DNA of 64,000 bases, from contig CATQHZ020000001.1 of assembly GCA_958296135.2 (NCBI GenBank), positions 3,776,001 to 3,840,000 on the forward strand. Direction: 5' to 3'. Origin of the DNA: an uncultured Poribacteria bacterium. GTDB lineage: Bacteria; Poribacteria; WGA-4E; WGA-3G. The notes beneath the pieces were generated by a model, which was not told the DNA's origin, ran no database searches, and worked only from the letters and a program-made list of their open reading frames with translations. Within the stretch, counting starts at the first letter, position 1; each line of letters opens with the position of its first letter. Below, piece by piece: positions 1-9,724 of the stretch. Both the position numbers and the translations under genes were made by a program.

Positions 1-63
1 AATCGCCGAGGGCTCCCCTCGCAAACCCGCGAACCGATGATTATTGGGACAAAGGAAAAAACC

Positions 64-594
64 ATGAAATATTACCTTTTCATTTTCTTATCATTCTGCG
101 CGATTATCCCGTTTTCTGGGTGCCAATCCCAGGCACTGCGCGCCCTCATCGAACCGCAGGAATGGACAAACTACGCCGTCACGGAAGGCGTAACCTGCAC
201 CGATGCCGCGATGATAGACGGCGATGCGAAAACCCGCGGGTATGCAGACGGACGATGGATTCATCTCACGCTGCCGACTCGGAAGCCTATCCATCGCATC
301 GTCATCCGTGGCACGAACATTCGGGACGCGATGGTGTATCAGAAACTCCAAGGCAATGGACGGTGGCAGGCAATCCAGCAAGTCACAAATAACCGAGGCC
401 CGGCAATTGAGATGCGGATGAGCGTCGTCACGGAGGCACTCCGCGTCTATATCAGCGGCACCACTGATGATAAGCACAGAGCACGAAAATTTTCCGAACG
501 TCACAACGCGATGGTGCCGCAAATCCAACTCGGCAGAGCCTATGCCCACGAAATCGAGGTCTACGGGTTCGTTTCAAAGGCAGTGCAACCCTGA
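64..594 (+). CDS. putative lipoprotein, discoidin/galactose-binding-like fold
   Basis: Signal peptide with FSGC lipobox; 'IDGDAKT...WIHLTLP...IHRIVI...HEIEVYG' resembles F5/8 type C domains. Confidence 0.6.
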   Translation: MKYYLFIFLSFCAIIPFSGCQSQALRALIEPQEWTNYAVTEGVTCTDAAMIDGDAKTRGYADGRWIHLTLPTRKPIHRIVIRGTNIRDAMVYQKLQGNGRWQAIQQVTNNRGPAIEMRMSVVTEALRVYISGTTDDKHRARKFSERHNAMVPQIQLGRAYAHEIEVYGFVSKAVQP

Positions 595-664
595 TGCCCA
601 GTACCGATTTTCATGTTGGCATTTTTTGTGCAACTTGTCAACACGAAAAAGCATCTGATGATGT

Positions 665-1162
665 TTACCAATTGCAGGGGTCATCGAACTCGTCGAAGCG
701 AATCGAACGCCACGTTCCCTCTTCGTGGAGATACACTTCTATATCGGCCGCATGAGGCGGGGCCGCCCCGGTCTGCCGATAGACGTATCGCTGTGGGCTA
801 TTCGATCTGAGTGAGAGCCCGTTGACAGCGTGAACATGAAACTCAGATCCAAAATCCTGCCACCAATTCTTGCTGTCAGACTCTCGCGTGTAAAAACTCC
901 CTTCCGCGTAGGAAAACACTAAGCCCTCTCGCGCCACCCGAAAACTCACCTTCGTGCGAGTATCCACGGTGTTGAAGGTGAGGATGCCCGTGTTTGTGTC
1001 AGCGTCAGATGATAACATCAAGTAGACTTGCTGCGCTGCATCCCGTGTTCCGACGAGATAGTAATCTGAACATGGAATTCTCCTGTAGGTTAGGTGCAGG
1101 CAACCCCACACCGATAATGGAGCAAGCAACCTACCTGCTCTCTGCCTACAAACACACCTCAA
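665..1162 (-). CDS. hypothetical protein or degraded gene
   Basis: 165-aa ORF; the best RBS-ATG (1073) is in another frame, so possibly frameshifted. Confidence 0.25.
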   Translation of the reverse strand: MRCVCRQRAGRLLAPLSVWGCLHLTYRRIPCSDYYLVGTRDAAQQVYLMLSSDADTNTGILTFNTVDTRTKVSFRVAREGLVFSYAEGSFYTRESDSKNWWQDFGSEFHVHAVNGLSLRSNSPQRYVYRQTGAAPPHAADIEVYLHEEGTWRSIRFDEFDDPCNW

Positions 1163-1242
1163 CCGCCCAATGGTTCGAGTAGTTCAAGAAGAGTTCAAAA
1201 GAAAAAGGGAGAAGGCATCCGCGCCTTCTCCCACATAATCGA

Positions 1243-2409
1243 TTACCTCTCAATGGGTATGTTCGCATGCTCGTAAATCGGACTCAGTATGTGGCTATTC
1301 GGACCAATTAATTCTAGTCCCACATGCGTAGTCTCATCTAGAAGTTCCGCTTTGACGATAACCTCGTGTTTCATCTCAAGTTTGACTACGGGACCGCGGT
1401 CGGTTAATTTTCGTTCACGGATAATCTCATGTCTAACATCATCGCTGAAGTTGAGAACCTGCCATGCTCGACTATCCTTAAGAACTGCATAATCAAAAAT
1501 GTAGTCTTTTGAATATGTGCCATCGGGGTAATAAGGAAATCGCACATCAAATGTAAATCGATATGTGTTAGATTGTCCGATTTTCTTCATTTCCAACAGA
1601 TTCACATGAATGTCTGTTAGAGAGAAGAAGGAAACAAGCACTCGATTCCCTACATTAAAAGCACTATGGCGATTAAGCCACCCCGCAGCACCTGGAGAGA
1701 GTTTATCTTGATGCTGTCCATAGGACATTATGAAGGAATCGTCTCGGTAATCATGGTGGAGTCCCATTGCATGTCCTAGTTCATGCGCCAGCACATCCCA
1801 TGTCCAACATCCGCCAAATACGAATACTTCACCCCAGCTAGAAGTGCCAGCTCCTAATCCGCAACCACGTACTCCAGGCACATCTATGAAGAATACATTG
1901 ATGCTTCTTCGAGGGAACAATTCGCCATCCCCATCATATCTATCCGCATTTATCATATCGACGAGCTCTCGTTCAATCTCATTCCATCCGTGTGTTTCGT
2001 AATAGTTCGCCGATTCTTTTAATGTGATTCGGGTTATACTCACACGATGGGTCGCATCTTTATGAAACGGAAACGTTTTCTTGCCATAGCCGTGACGTTT
2101 CATCTCATCTGCAAAAAAGCGTTGTGCTTTCTTGACAAGCTCATCAATTAGCACAGCGTATTCTGCAAAGTCGGCTTCGGTTGGCGGAATTGGCTGCGAA
2201 TCTGGTTCGAGATAGTAAACTCGCACCGACACGCGAGGCCCGTGTCCGAATGGCAACTCTGGCGCGCCAGCATAAAAATCATCACTGCCAACGGAGACAG
2301 TGGGTAACATCGGTGTTGGCGTGTCCATCTCGTCACCGCATCCCGCCACTATGAGCATGATAACGACTATCATCGTTATCGCTCCGTGTGTGTTAAAATG
2401 TAAATACAT
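1243..2409 (-). CDS. putative lipoprotein zinc metallopeptidase (metzincin-like)
   Basis: HELGHAMGLHH motif, downstream Met-turn (SFIMSY), VAGC lipobox, RBS GAGAGG before ATG 2409. Confidence 0.8.
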   Translation of the reverse strand: MYLHFNTHGAITMIVVIMLIVAGCGDEMDTPTPMLPTVSVGSDDFYAGAPELPFGHGPRVSVRVYYLEPDSQPIPPTEADFAEYAVLIDELVKKAQRFFADEMKRHGYGKKTFPFHKDATHRVSITRITLKESANYYETHGWNEIERELVDMINADRYDGDGELFPRRSINVFFIDVPGVRGCGLGAGTSSWGEVFVFGGCWTWDVLAHELGHAMGLHHDYRDDSFIMSYGQHQDKLSPGAAGWLNRHSAFNVGNRVLVSFFSLTDIHVNLLEMKKIGQSNTYRFTFDVRFPYYPDGTYSKDYIFDYAVLKDSRAWQVLNFSDDVRHEIIRERKLTDRGPVVKLEMKHEVIVKAELLDETTHVGLELIGPNSHILSPIYEHANIPIER

Positions 2410-2920
2410 TATTATCCTCTCCTCTGTATCGGTATTTCGTCCAATCTCTTGCAGCACCCATAAGAAGCTTTTCATGGAAAGAGAGTTTGTCCATAGGAAA
2501 TGTTTCACTCATGAGTTGTTCTCGGAAATTCATATCCAAATAACCCCAGACACCTTTCCAGTACATCACTGAATCCTTTGGGTCTGGAGTAGGAAGGTCC
2601 AATGCACCACCAAGAGCCTGCATATCAGGAACTGAGACTACATATTCCTGAACTTCGAGATAAATCAGAGACCTCGTGGTATTCCACAGCATTCCAAACT
2701 TCATCCCATTGAATTTGGGTGTAGCAGGTCCGTGTAGTTTAACAGCATAGTCATCTATCCCGTTCGTGAATCTGACTGGAGCATCAAGAATGTAAAATTG
2801 CTGGGTTGCAAGACACGCCGGTTCTGAGGCGACCATGGGTTGTTCCGCACCGCATCCGATGAGTCCGATTCCTGCACACACAGCGACTCCAATACATGCG
2901 AGTGTCATGAGTCTTGTCAT
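2393..2920 (-). CDS. hypothetical lipoprotein
   Basis: RBS GGAGG, LIGC lipobox, overlaps the start of the peptidase gene. Confidence 0.65.
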   Translation of the reverse strand: MTRLMTLACIGVAVCAGIGLIGCGAEQPMVASEPACLATQQFYILDAPVRFTNGIDDYAVKLHGPATPKFNGMKFGMLWNTTRSLIYLEVQEYVVSVPDMQALGGALDLPTPDPKDSVMYWKGVWGYLDMNFREQLMSETFPMDKLSFHEKLLMGAARDWTKYRYRGEDNNVFTF

Positions 2921-2994
2921 GTCGTTCCTCCATATTATGCGCGCTGTGCGCGATTAAGCATTCTCAGGTTATCGCGAAACGTTCGCGATAACAC

Positions 2995-3140
2995 CTTAAT
3001 TATACCACAATTTTTTCCATTTGTCAAGAAAAAAAATGCAAAAAAAGTGATTTTTTTTGCATTTATTGTGATATTTTATCGGCATTTGCGGTGTTTGTCA
3101 AGAAATATTTGACAAAAAAGTGAAAAAATGTTAACTTAAT
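2995..3140. promoter_or_regulatory. AT-rich divergent promoter region
   Basis: TTGACA-N17-TAACTT on + (3109); TTGACA-N17-TATAAT on - (about 3026-2998); inverted repeat TTTGTCAA..TTGACAAA at 3094-3116. Confidence 0.6.
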
Positions 3141-3295
3141 AGCAAAAAGGAGATAACATACTATAGTCCGCGTTTCTGTAGATGGAGCCCACCCGCTCTT
3201 AACCTATTCAGGATTGGTTGGCGGATAGGTTTGCAGAACTTCAGACACTCCCGAACAACTCAGGCACCTCGAGTATGAGAGGCTAATCAACAAAC

Positions 3296-4357
3296 ATGAA
3301 ACGCTTGATTTTTGAAGATATATACACCTGGCCGGTCTTCAGTGAAGAGCGGCAGATTGACTTTAACGGACATCTGTGGGTGCGGCAGGAGGGAAATATC
3401 CTGATCGATCCGGTCCCGATGAGCAGTTCCGACGAAGCGCAGCTCGCTGAACTTGGCGGCGCGAAGTGGATCGTCCTCACCAACCGGGACCACGAACGTG
3501 AAGCCGCCGCCTTTCAGGAACTCACTGGTGCCGAGATAATCGTGCATGAGGCGGATGCCGATGCGCTCAGCGTTACTCCCGCGCGAACCATTCACGACTG
3601 CGAAGAAATTGTCCCAGGACTACACGCCGTGCATTTGCGTTACGGAAAGAGCCCCGGCGAAATCGCGCTCTATTTTCCCGGCAAGCAGGCCGTCCTCTTC
3701 GGCGATCTGGTTGTCGGCGAACCGATGGGCGCGGTGACGCTGCTGCCAGATGCAAAACTGGCAGACGCGCCGAACGCCGCGCTGGAACTGCGCAAAATCC
3801 TCGCCCTACGCTTCAACGCAATCCTCGTCGGAGATGGCCACTCCATCTTCAGGGACGGCAGACAACGCCTCCTCGACTGCCTGCAAGCACGACGCGATAT
3901 TTACATCAACCGCATCCACATCGATGAAATCGACTGGGCGCAGAAACACGCACCTGCCCCTTATGATTTTGAGGATAAAGACATCGACGCGCTTATCGGC
4001 AGCAAAAATCTGGGGTACCGCGTTATTCGGCTTCAGCCCAGCAAGATGAGTTTCCCAATGCATTTTCATAACTTCGGGGAGGAAATGTGCTATGTGATGG
4101 AGGGGGCATGCACGCTTAGAACCCCGCGCGGCGATGTGAACGTGCAACAGGGAGATTTCATCGCGTTTCCACCGGGTGCGATCGGCGCGCATAAATTCAT
4201 CAACGATACCAATGCCCCCGTAACGTTGTTCATTCTCGGCACGACAATCCCTCACGATGTAAGCGAATATCCGGATTCCAACAAAGTGTTGCCTTACATC
4301 GTCGGGAAAATTTATCGGAAGGATGAGAGTCTCAGTTATTGGGACGGGGAAGTCTAA
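3296..4357 (+). CDS. metallo-beta-lactamase-fold / cupin fusion protein
   Basis: N-terminal degenerate MBL motifs (LTNRDHER, GDLV, GDGH); C-terminal cupin (HFHNFGEE...G..AHKFIN). Confidence 0.8.
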   Translation: MKRLIFEDIYTWPVFSEERQIDFNGHLWVRQEGNILIDPVPMSSSDEAQLAELGGAKWIVLTNRDHEREAAAFQELTGAEIIVHEADADALSVTPARTIHDCEEIVPGLHAVHLRYGKSPGEIALYFPGKQAVLFGDLVVGEPMGAVTLLPDAKLADAPNAALELRKILALRFNAILVGDGHSIFRDGRQRLLDCLQARRDIYINRIHIDEIDWAQKHAPAPYDFEDKDIDALIGSKNLGYRVIRLQPSKMSFPMHFHNFGEEMCYVMEGACTLRTPRGDVNVQQGDFIAFPPGAIGAHKFINDTNAPVTLFILGTTIPHDVSEYPDSNKVLPYIVGKIYRKDESLSYWDGEV

Positions 4358-4635
4358 TCGCGCTCTGTCGGACGCGTGGACAAATTCGTCTTCGGCGGAA
4401 CATCCCACGAAATGTGCCCACAGCGCGGGCACCGCATCTCAAATTCAACAAGGTTCCGGACAGTGCCTGTCCTCACCGGCTTCCGCCGCGTTTGACACTG
4501 CGGACATCGCGTCGCGCGGAATTCATCAATATCGCTCTTGCTAAAATGCGCACCTATCTTAAAGGCTACCAGCAACAGCACGACGATGAAGAGGCAAACC
4601 ACCACAAAAATGAGGAAGGGAAGAAAGGATACCAC
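4354..4635 (-). CDS. small membrane protein with Zn-ribbon (CPQC...CPRC)
   Basis: Hydrophobic N-terminus and two CxxC pairs. Confidence 0.55.
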   Translation of the reverse strand: MVSFLPFLIFVVVCLFIVVLLLVAFKIGAHFSKSDIDEFRATRCPQCQTRRKPVRTGTVRNLVEFEMRCPRCGHISWDVPPKTNLSTRPTERD

Positions 4636-4640
4636 TAGGA

Positions 4641-5213
4641 TTAAAAACTAAGCCGAATCAGCGGAGCCCTCGCGGCAGCCTCCCGATAAGTATCTTCTGT
4701 GACAACATCCGCAAAGAACGACGCGAAGAACGCGCCAGCATTCTCCAGAAATTCAGGCAGGTTCATTCCCATATAGACACCGTTTGCATCGTTACATTCA
4801 ACAACGACTTGCCGCAACTTCTCGCGCCCGGCAGTGGAGAGCGTCCGCAGCGGTCTCAGCATCCGTGAATGATACTTGATATGTGCCGCCGACACCTGAA
4901 TTAACCCCTGCAGAAAAAGCCGATACGTATCCTCCGCTTGGTGCCACAGCCCTTCCCACGCCTCGTGTGCCTCCCACCAATACGCAAAGTTATAGAGATC
5001 TACGCCGTAGAGGTAATCTTCGTTTTGCCGCCACATCACCGGCGAAAGAGGCGCATCGAGTCCCGAGGTCTCGCCGCCTGGTTCATAACTATGTCCAAGC
5101 GGATCCCGAATAGGATGCGGCGTAACCCCCGGAATATGCCGATACGGCGGGAAAGGTTTGTGCGGACAATATCGCGGCCACTGTGCATCAAAAGGGTGCG
5201 GTTGCTGAATCAT
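4641..5213 (-). CDS. DUF309 family protein
   Basis: GVDLYN..YWWEAHEAWEGLW...LQGLIQVSAA motif; RBS GAGG before ATG 5213. Confidence 0.85.
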   Translation of the reverse strand: MIQQPHPFDAQWPRYCPHKPFPPYRHIPGVTPHPIRDPLGHSYEPGGETSGLDAPLSPVMWRQNEDYLYGVDLYNFAYWWEAHEAWEGLWHQAEDTYRLFLQGLIQVSAAHIKYHSRMLRPLRTLSTAGREKLRQVVVECNDANGVYMGMNLPEFLENAGAFFASFFADVVTEDTYREAAARAPLIRLSF

Positions 5214-5331
5214 TGCTGTTTTCCTCTTTATTCTGATTCGTATCATCTCTGTAGGGAAACCAGATGAGTTCGCCGGGGTTAACCTGTTCGGGTTCCCTGC
5301 GAAGCAGCCCGAGCCCGAACAAGGCTCCGTT

Positions 5332-5509
5332 GTAGGAGAGACCTCCCGGTATCGCCTCGCCTCCCCTGTAGGAGAGACCTCCCGGTATCGACACGCCCCC
5401 GGCATCGGGACAAGGATGTCCCGCCTACCGGAGCCCCCCGGCATCGGGACAAGGATGTCCCTCCTACCGGAGCCCCCTGGTATCGGGACAAGGATGTCCC
5501 GCCTACCGG
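5332..5509. repeat. cluster of GTAG-type REP palindromes
   Basis: 2x GTAGGAGAGACCTCCCGGTATCG on + and 3x GTAGG(C/A)GGGACATCCTTGTCCCGAT on - at 39-bp spacing. Confidence 0.85.
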
Positions 5510-6882
5510 CCCACTCCGACATAATAAAACCCTGCATCGCGCGCATCTTGCGGCAAATACACATTGCGGCCATCAATCAAAATCGGCATCCGCATCTGCT
5601 TAGCGAGTTTGCGCAACTCCAGTTTGTGGTAAACGTCCCATTCGGTGACAAGCACCAGCGCATCCGCTTCGTGAGAGAGGCGATACACATCTTCCCGAAA
5701 ATCCACTGCCGTTCCGTCCAGCGCCATCTCTGCATTCGGCATCGCAATCGGATCGTGCGCGCGAACGCTGGCTCCCTCCGCAACGAGACATCGGATAATG
5801 TCCAACGCAGGTGCCGAACGAACGTCATCCGTGTTCGGCTTAAAGGCGAGTCCGAGGATGCCAATAGTTTTTCCCTTAATCGTGACTCCTGCTCCACAGC
5901 ACCTTTTGAACGCAGCGCGCAACTTTTCAACGATGACTTCGCGCTGCCGAAAATTCACGGCGCGCGCGGCTTCCGTAATCGGCATTTCATAGGCCGATTG
6001 CGCCGCCACCCCTAACAACGCCGCCGTATCCTTCGGGTAGCAGCTGCCGCCCCAGCCGAGGCCTGCCTGCAGAAACCGAGGTCCAATACGCGTGTCAAGT
6101 CCGATGCCGCGCGCGACTTCTGTCACGTCTGCGCCGACTTTCTCACAAAGTCCAGCGATTTCGTTGATAAAACTGATTTTCAGCGCGAGGAACGTATTGG
6201 CGGCGTATTTCAGCATCTCCGCGCTGCTCGGGTCTGTCGTCATCATCGGCGGTAGATGGTATGCCTCAGGCCGCGGGAACGCGCTCGGCGGGTCGAACGT
6301 CTGTTCAAGCAGCGGCTGATACAAGCGACGTAAGGCATCAATAGCATCATCGCAGTGCGCGCCGACGACAATCCGGTCCGGATAGAACGCCCCTTGCAAC
6401 GCCAAACCTTCTTGTAAAAACTCCGGGTTCGATGCAACGGAGACATTCCCTTGAATCCCGCGCGTCGCAAACACCTCATCGACAACTTCGGCGACGCGCC
6501 GATTCGTGCCGATAGGCACCGTCGATTTGACAACAAGCGTATAGTGCCGATGTGGATGGCAGACTTCTGCGACTTCTCGCGCCGCTTGTTCAACATGCCG
6601 CGTGTCTGCTTCCCCGTTCTTTTTCGGCGGCGTGCCGACAGCAATTAAAATGAGCTCCGCTTCTGGAACCACCGCGGCAACGCTCGGCGTGAAACGGAGG
6701 GTATGTCCTACCTCGTCAAGAAGTGTCTGGATGCCGGGTTCATGGATAGGGCTTTTCCCTTGGTGTAACAGTTTGAGTTTATGGGTATCTTTATCGACAG
6801 CCGCAACCTGATGGCTCAGGTAGGCCAGGACAACGGCGGTGGTTAAGCCGACGTAGCCTGTCCCGATGATTGCGATTTTCAC
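5503..6882 (-). CDS. ugd: UDP-glucose/GDP-mannose dehydrogenase
   Basis: GTGYVG Rossmann motif, KSTVP, NPEFL, GWGGSCYPKD, GLAFKPNTDDVR; GTG start. Confidence 0.9.
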   Translation of the reverse strand: MKIAIIGTGYVGLTTAVVLAYLSHQVAAVDKDTHKLKLLHQGKSPIHEPGIQTLLDEVGHTLRFTPSVAAVVPEAELILIAVGTPPKKNGEADTRHVEQAAREVAEVCHPHRHYTLVVKSTVPIGTNRRVAEVVDEVFATRGIQGNVSVASNPEFLQEGLALQGAFYPDRIVVGAHCDDAIDALRRLYQPLLEQTFDPPSAFPRPEAYHLPPMMTTDPSSAEMLKYAANTFLALKISFINEIAGLCEKVGADVTEVARGIGLDTRIGPRFLQAGLGWGGSCYPKDTAALLGVAAQSAYEMPITEAARAVNFRQREVIVEKLRAAFKRCCGAGVTIKGKTIGILGLAFKPNTDDVRSAPALDIIRCLVAEGASVRAHDPIAMPNAEMALDGTAVDFREDVYRLSHEADALVLVTEWDVYHKLELRKLAKQMRMPILIDGRNVYLPQDARDAGFYYVGVGR

Positions 6883-7204
6883 ATGTTTCTCCTCATTGAC
6901 AGCGGAATTGCTTCTACAAGAATAGGGTACCATCTCTCGCGATTTTATGCAAGGCAATTCGGCCAAAGGCATTTAGTTTTCCAATTTTCTTTCCCCTACG
7001 CGGCCGGGGCAGCGGGTTTTCACGGTGAGAAACGCCGAAAACTAAATCGTTCTGCAAATCGGTTTTCATTTTCATTTGACATCGTCTCACTGGATATGTT
7101 ATCATTTTAGGACTGACGTAAGAGTGGATTTTTATATCCACCCGACGCGCACACACTACCGGCGGATATGGACATCCGTCCCGACAAAAAGAGGAATGTC
7201 AGAT

Positions 7205-7918
7205 ATGTCTACACAGACTCGTAACGTCCTAATCACCGGCGGCACCGGCATCTTAGGCAGTGCTGTCACAAAAGCATACATCGCGCAAGGCGACAACGTC
7301 GCTGTCACATACCTGTTTGAAAATGAGGTGGAACGCTTCAAGCAGTATAACCCCGACATCAGCGAGGAGGTAACCTTCCTGTTCGCAAACGTCACCGAAG
7401 AAGCTGAGGTTCAGAAGTCGTTTCAGGAATTTCAATCCCAAATCGGGCCGCTTGATATCCTGATAAACATCGTCGGTGGCTTCGTCGGCGGGATTCCTGC
7501 GGCGGAACTTGAAGTGGAAAAATGGGATTTCATGATGGAACTGAACCTCAAATCCGTCTTCCTCTGCTGCAAAACGGCACTGCCAGAAATGACAGCGCGC
7601 GGCGCAGGCAAGATTGTCAACGTTTCGGCGCGCGCCGGGTTGAAAGGTGAGGCTGGCATGAGTGCCTACTGCGTCTCCAAAGGCGGCGTGCGCACCTTGA
7701 CAGAGGCGTTAGCCGCCGAAGTGATGGATGCCGGGGTCAACGTCAACGCTATTATGCCAAGCGTCATCGATACACCCGCGAATCGCCAGTCTATGCCGGA
7801 CGAAGACCCGGGCCGTTGGGTATCCCCCTCCAACATCGCCAAGGTGATATGTTTCCTCACCTCTGATGAGGCGGCGGTTATTAATGGAGCAGCCATTCCG
7901 GTTTATGGCCGCGCATAA
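7205..7918 (+). CDS. SDR family oxidoreductase
   Basis: TGGTGILG and YCVSK catalytic motif. Confidence 0.9.
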   Translation: MSTQTRNVLITGGTGILGSAVTKAYIAQGDNVAVTYLFENEVERFKQYNPDISEEVTFLFANVTEEAEVQKSFQEFQSQIGPLDILINIVGGFVGGIPAAELEVEKWDFMMELNLKSVFLCCKTALPEMTARGAGKIVNVSARAGLKGEAGMSAYCVSKGGVRTLTEALAAEVMDAGVNVNAIMPSVIDTPANRQSMPDEDPGRWVSPSNIAKVICFLTSDEAAVINGAAIPVYGRA

Positions 7919-8006
7919 ATTGTAAGGGCGGATATGGACATCCGCCCCTACAGTGCATCGCCGTGCATTCCAAAACTGAAGCTGCCGCGTCAAATCACAT
8001 TTCCTA

Positions 8007-8035
8007 TTGCAATCGCCTTAAATTTGTGGTATAAT
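8007..8035 (+). promoter_or_regulatory. sigma70-type promoter
   Basis: TTGCAA-N17-TATAAT with extended TG. Confidence 0.7.
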
Positions 8036-8073
8036 GCAATTTCAATGGAAATGTTCGCAAGAAAGGAGAAAAA

Positions 8074-8841
8074 ATGATGAAAGTCGGTATTCGAGATGGG
8101 ATGTTGCCCGTTTCCTTTGAAGAATCGTTTCAGAAAGCGAAAGACATCGGGTTTGATGGCATCGAACTCTGCATGGGTGTCAACTACCGCGAGCACCCCC
8201 TCTGGCAGGGAGGCGGCGTGGATAAAGTGAACAGCCTCGCGGCGGCCGCCGGTATTGAGGTAGCATCGCTGTCACCCGGAGGGTTCACCGCCTATTCGTT
8301 CATGCATCCAACCGATAGCACGCGGAGCGAAGGAATCGCCAAACTGCAATACCTAGCCGAAACCTGTCCGAAATTGGGCGCGAAAGTCATCTTAGTGCCA
8401 TTTTTCGGAAACGGCCAGATTCAAGACGCGCATGTCACGGCACCACGGTTCCTTGATGGCTTGAAAGCCGCCGCTGAAACCGCTGAGAAACACGGTGTCT
8501 TCCTCGCGCTGGAATCGACGTTGAGTGCCACGCAGCACCAACAAATTATTGACAGCGTTGGTTCGTCGGCAGTCGGTGTCTATTACGACATGGGGAATGC
8601 AACGGGGTTCGGCTATGACGCGCCCTCCGAAATCCGAGCCCTGGGTAGTGGGATTGTGCAAATGCACATTAAGGATACCGGTGGCAATCACGCCGGCGAA
8701 GGCGATGTCGATTTCCCCGCCGTTTTCGAGTCAGCGCACGCCATCGGCTACGACAGCTGGTTCGTGCTTGAAACACCCGGTAAAGATGAGCCGGTCGCCG
8801 CCGCGGAGAAAAACCTCAATTTCGTCAGGAATAGTTTCTGA
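8074..8841 (+). CDS. sugar phosphate isomerase/epimerase (xylose isomerase-like TIM barrel)
   Basis: GFDGIEL, LALES, YYDMGN, MHIKD, VLET motifs. Confidence 0.9.
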   Translation: MMKVGIRDGMLPVSFEESFQKAKDIGFDGIELCMGVNYREHPLWQGGGVDKVNSLAAAAGIEVASLSPGGFTAYSFMHPTDSTRSEGIAKLQYLAETCPKLGAKVILVPFFGNGQIQDAHVTAPRFLDGLKAAAETAEKHGVFLALESTLSATQHQQIIDSVGSSAVGVYYDMGNATGFGYDAPSEIRALGSGIVQMHIKDTGGNHAGEGDVDFPAVFESAHAIGYDSWFVLETPGKDEPVAAAEKNLNFVRNSF

Positions 8842-8890
8842 TACAGCGCGCATCTCACGCGCGCCTACCGATGTTACGGAGGGGTTGCTC

Positions 8891-9724
8891 ATGAACAATC
8901 CAAAGGCGATAGTCCCGCATGTTGAAAGCGGCAAACTGCTGGCATTGCCGACGCGCGAAGCGGAGCAATTGTTCCAAAGTTACGGCAAGCAGCAGCAACT
9001 CGAGATTATTCACGCCACTCGCGACCCGAGGGAGCGAGAACAACTCTATTATCTCGTCCCGGATTGTACGGAACTCATCCAAGAAAGCCCAGCCGAAGAG
9101 GTACTCCAGATCTTCGACACCATGCTTGGCACCGGGCTCGCCTCCGGGCTGCTGCCCTGTCTCTCAAGTGAACAGTTTGAGACACTCGTTGATATTGCAG
9201 TCTGGCGCGATGGAGAATTAGACGAAGAATCACTCGACCTCTGGTTATTTGAGCTCTCTGAATGCGAACCGGATGACCTGGGCCGGTTCCTCGCCGAGAT
9301 AGACATTCGGCTCCTCGCCCAATTGCTCCACGATAGAGTCATCTTGGAAGATAGTTTCGGCGCAATGCTCATTGAAGCAGGATTCATCGACCCGGGGTTG
9401 CCCTCAATTCAATACGCCGATGAACGCGCACGCGCTGTTGTCGATGCCATCTGGGAGGCCGATACCGAACTCTTCGCAGCACTGCTGCGCGAACTCTTCG
9501 CAATTGACGAAGAAGGCGATGCTGAGGAACTCCGAGCCGCCGCAACCGCAGACGCACAAGGAGAAAGAACCGAACGAGTTGAAGAACGCGACAGGGAATC
9601 CGGCATCGATGTCACCGAGACAGACCTGATGCAGCAGGTAGATCTGGACTCGCTCCAACTCCAAGAAGATGAGGATGAGGATGAGGATAAGGACGAATAC
9701 GACTACTATGATGACGACGAATAA
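8891..9724 (+). CDS. acidic hypothetical protein (DUF6178-like N-terminal part)
   Basis: RBS GGAGG; 'SSEQFETLVDIAVWRDGELD' recalls DUF6178; poly-acidic tail. Confidence 0.6.
   Translation: MNNPKAIVPHVESGKLLALPTREAEQLFQSYGKQQQLEIIHATRDPREREQLYYLVPDCTELIQESPAEEVLQIFDTMLGTGLASGLLPCLSSEQFETLVDIAVWRDGELDEESLDLWLFELSECEPDDLGRFLAEIDIRLLAQLLHDRVILEDSFGAMLIEAGFIDPGLPSIQYADERARAVVDAIWEADTELFAALLRELFAIDEEGDAEELRAAATADAQGERTERVEERDRESGIDVTETDLMQQVDLDSLQLQEDEDEDEDKDEYDYYDDDE

Noticed and set aside
5214-5576. Long N-terminal extension of the DUF309 ORF with repeated peptides
   Set aside because: It is translation through the REP cluster and overlaps ugd; a good RBS precedes ATG 5213.
9661-9724. GATGAG microsatellite
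   Set aside because: It simply encodes the Asp/Glu-rich tail of the protein.
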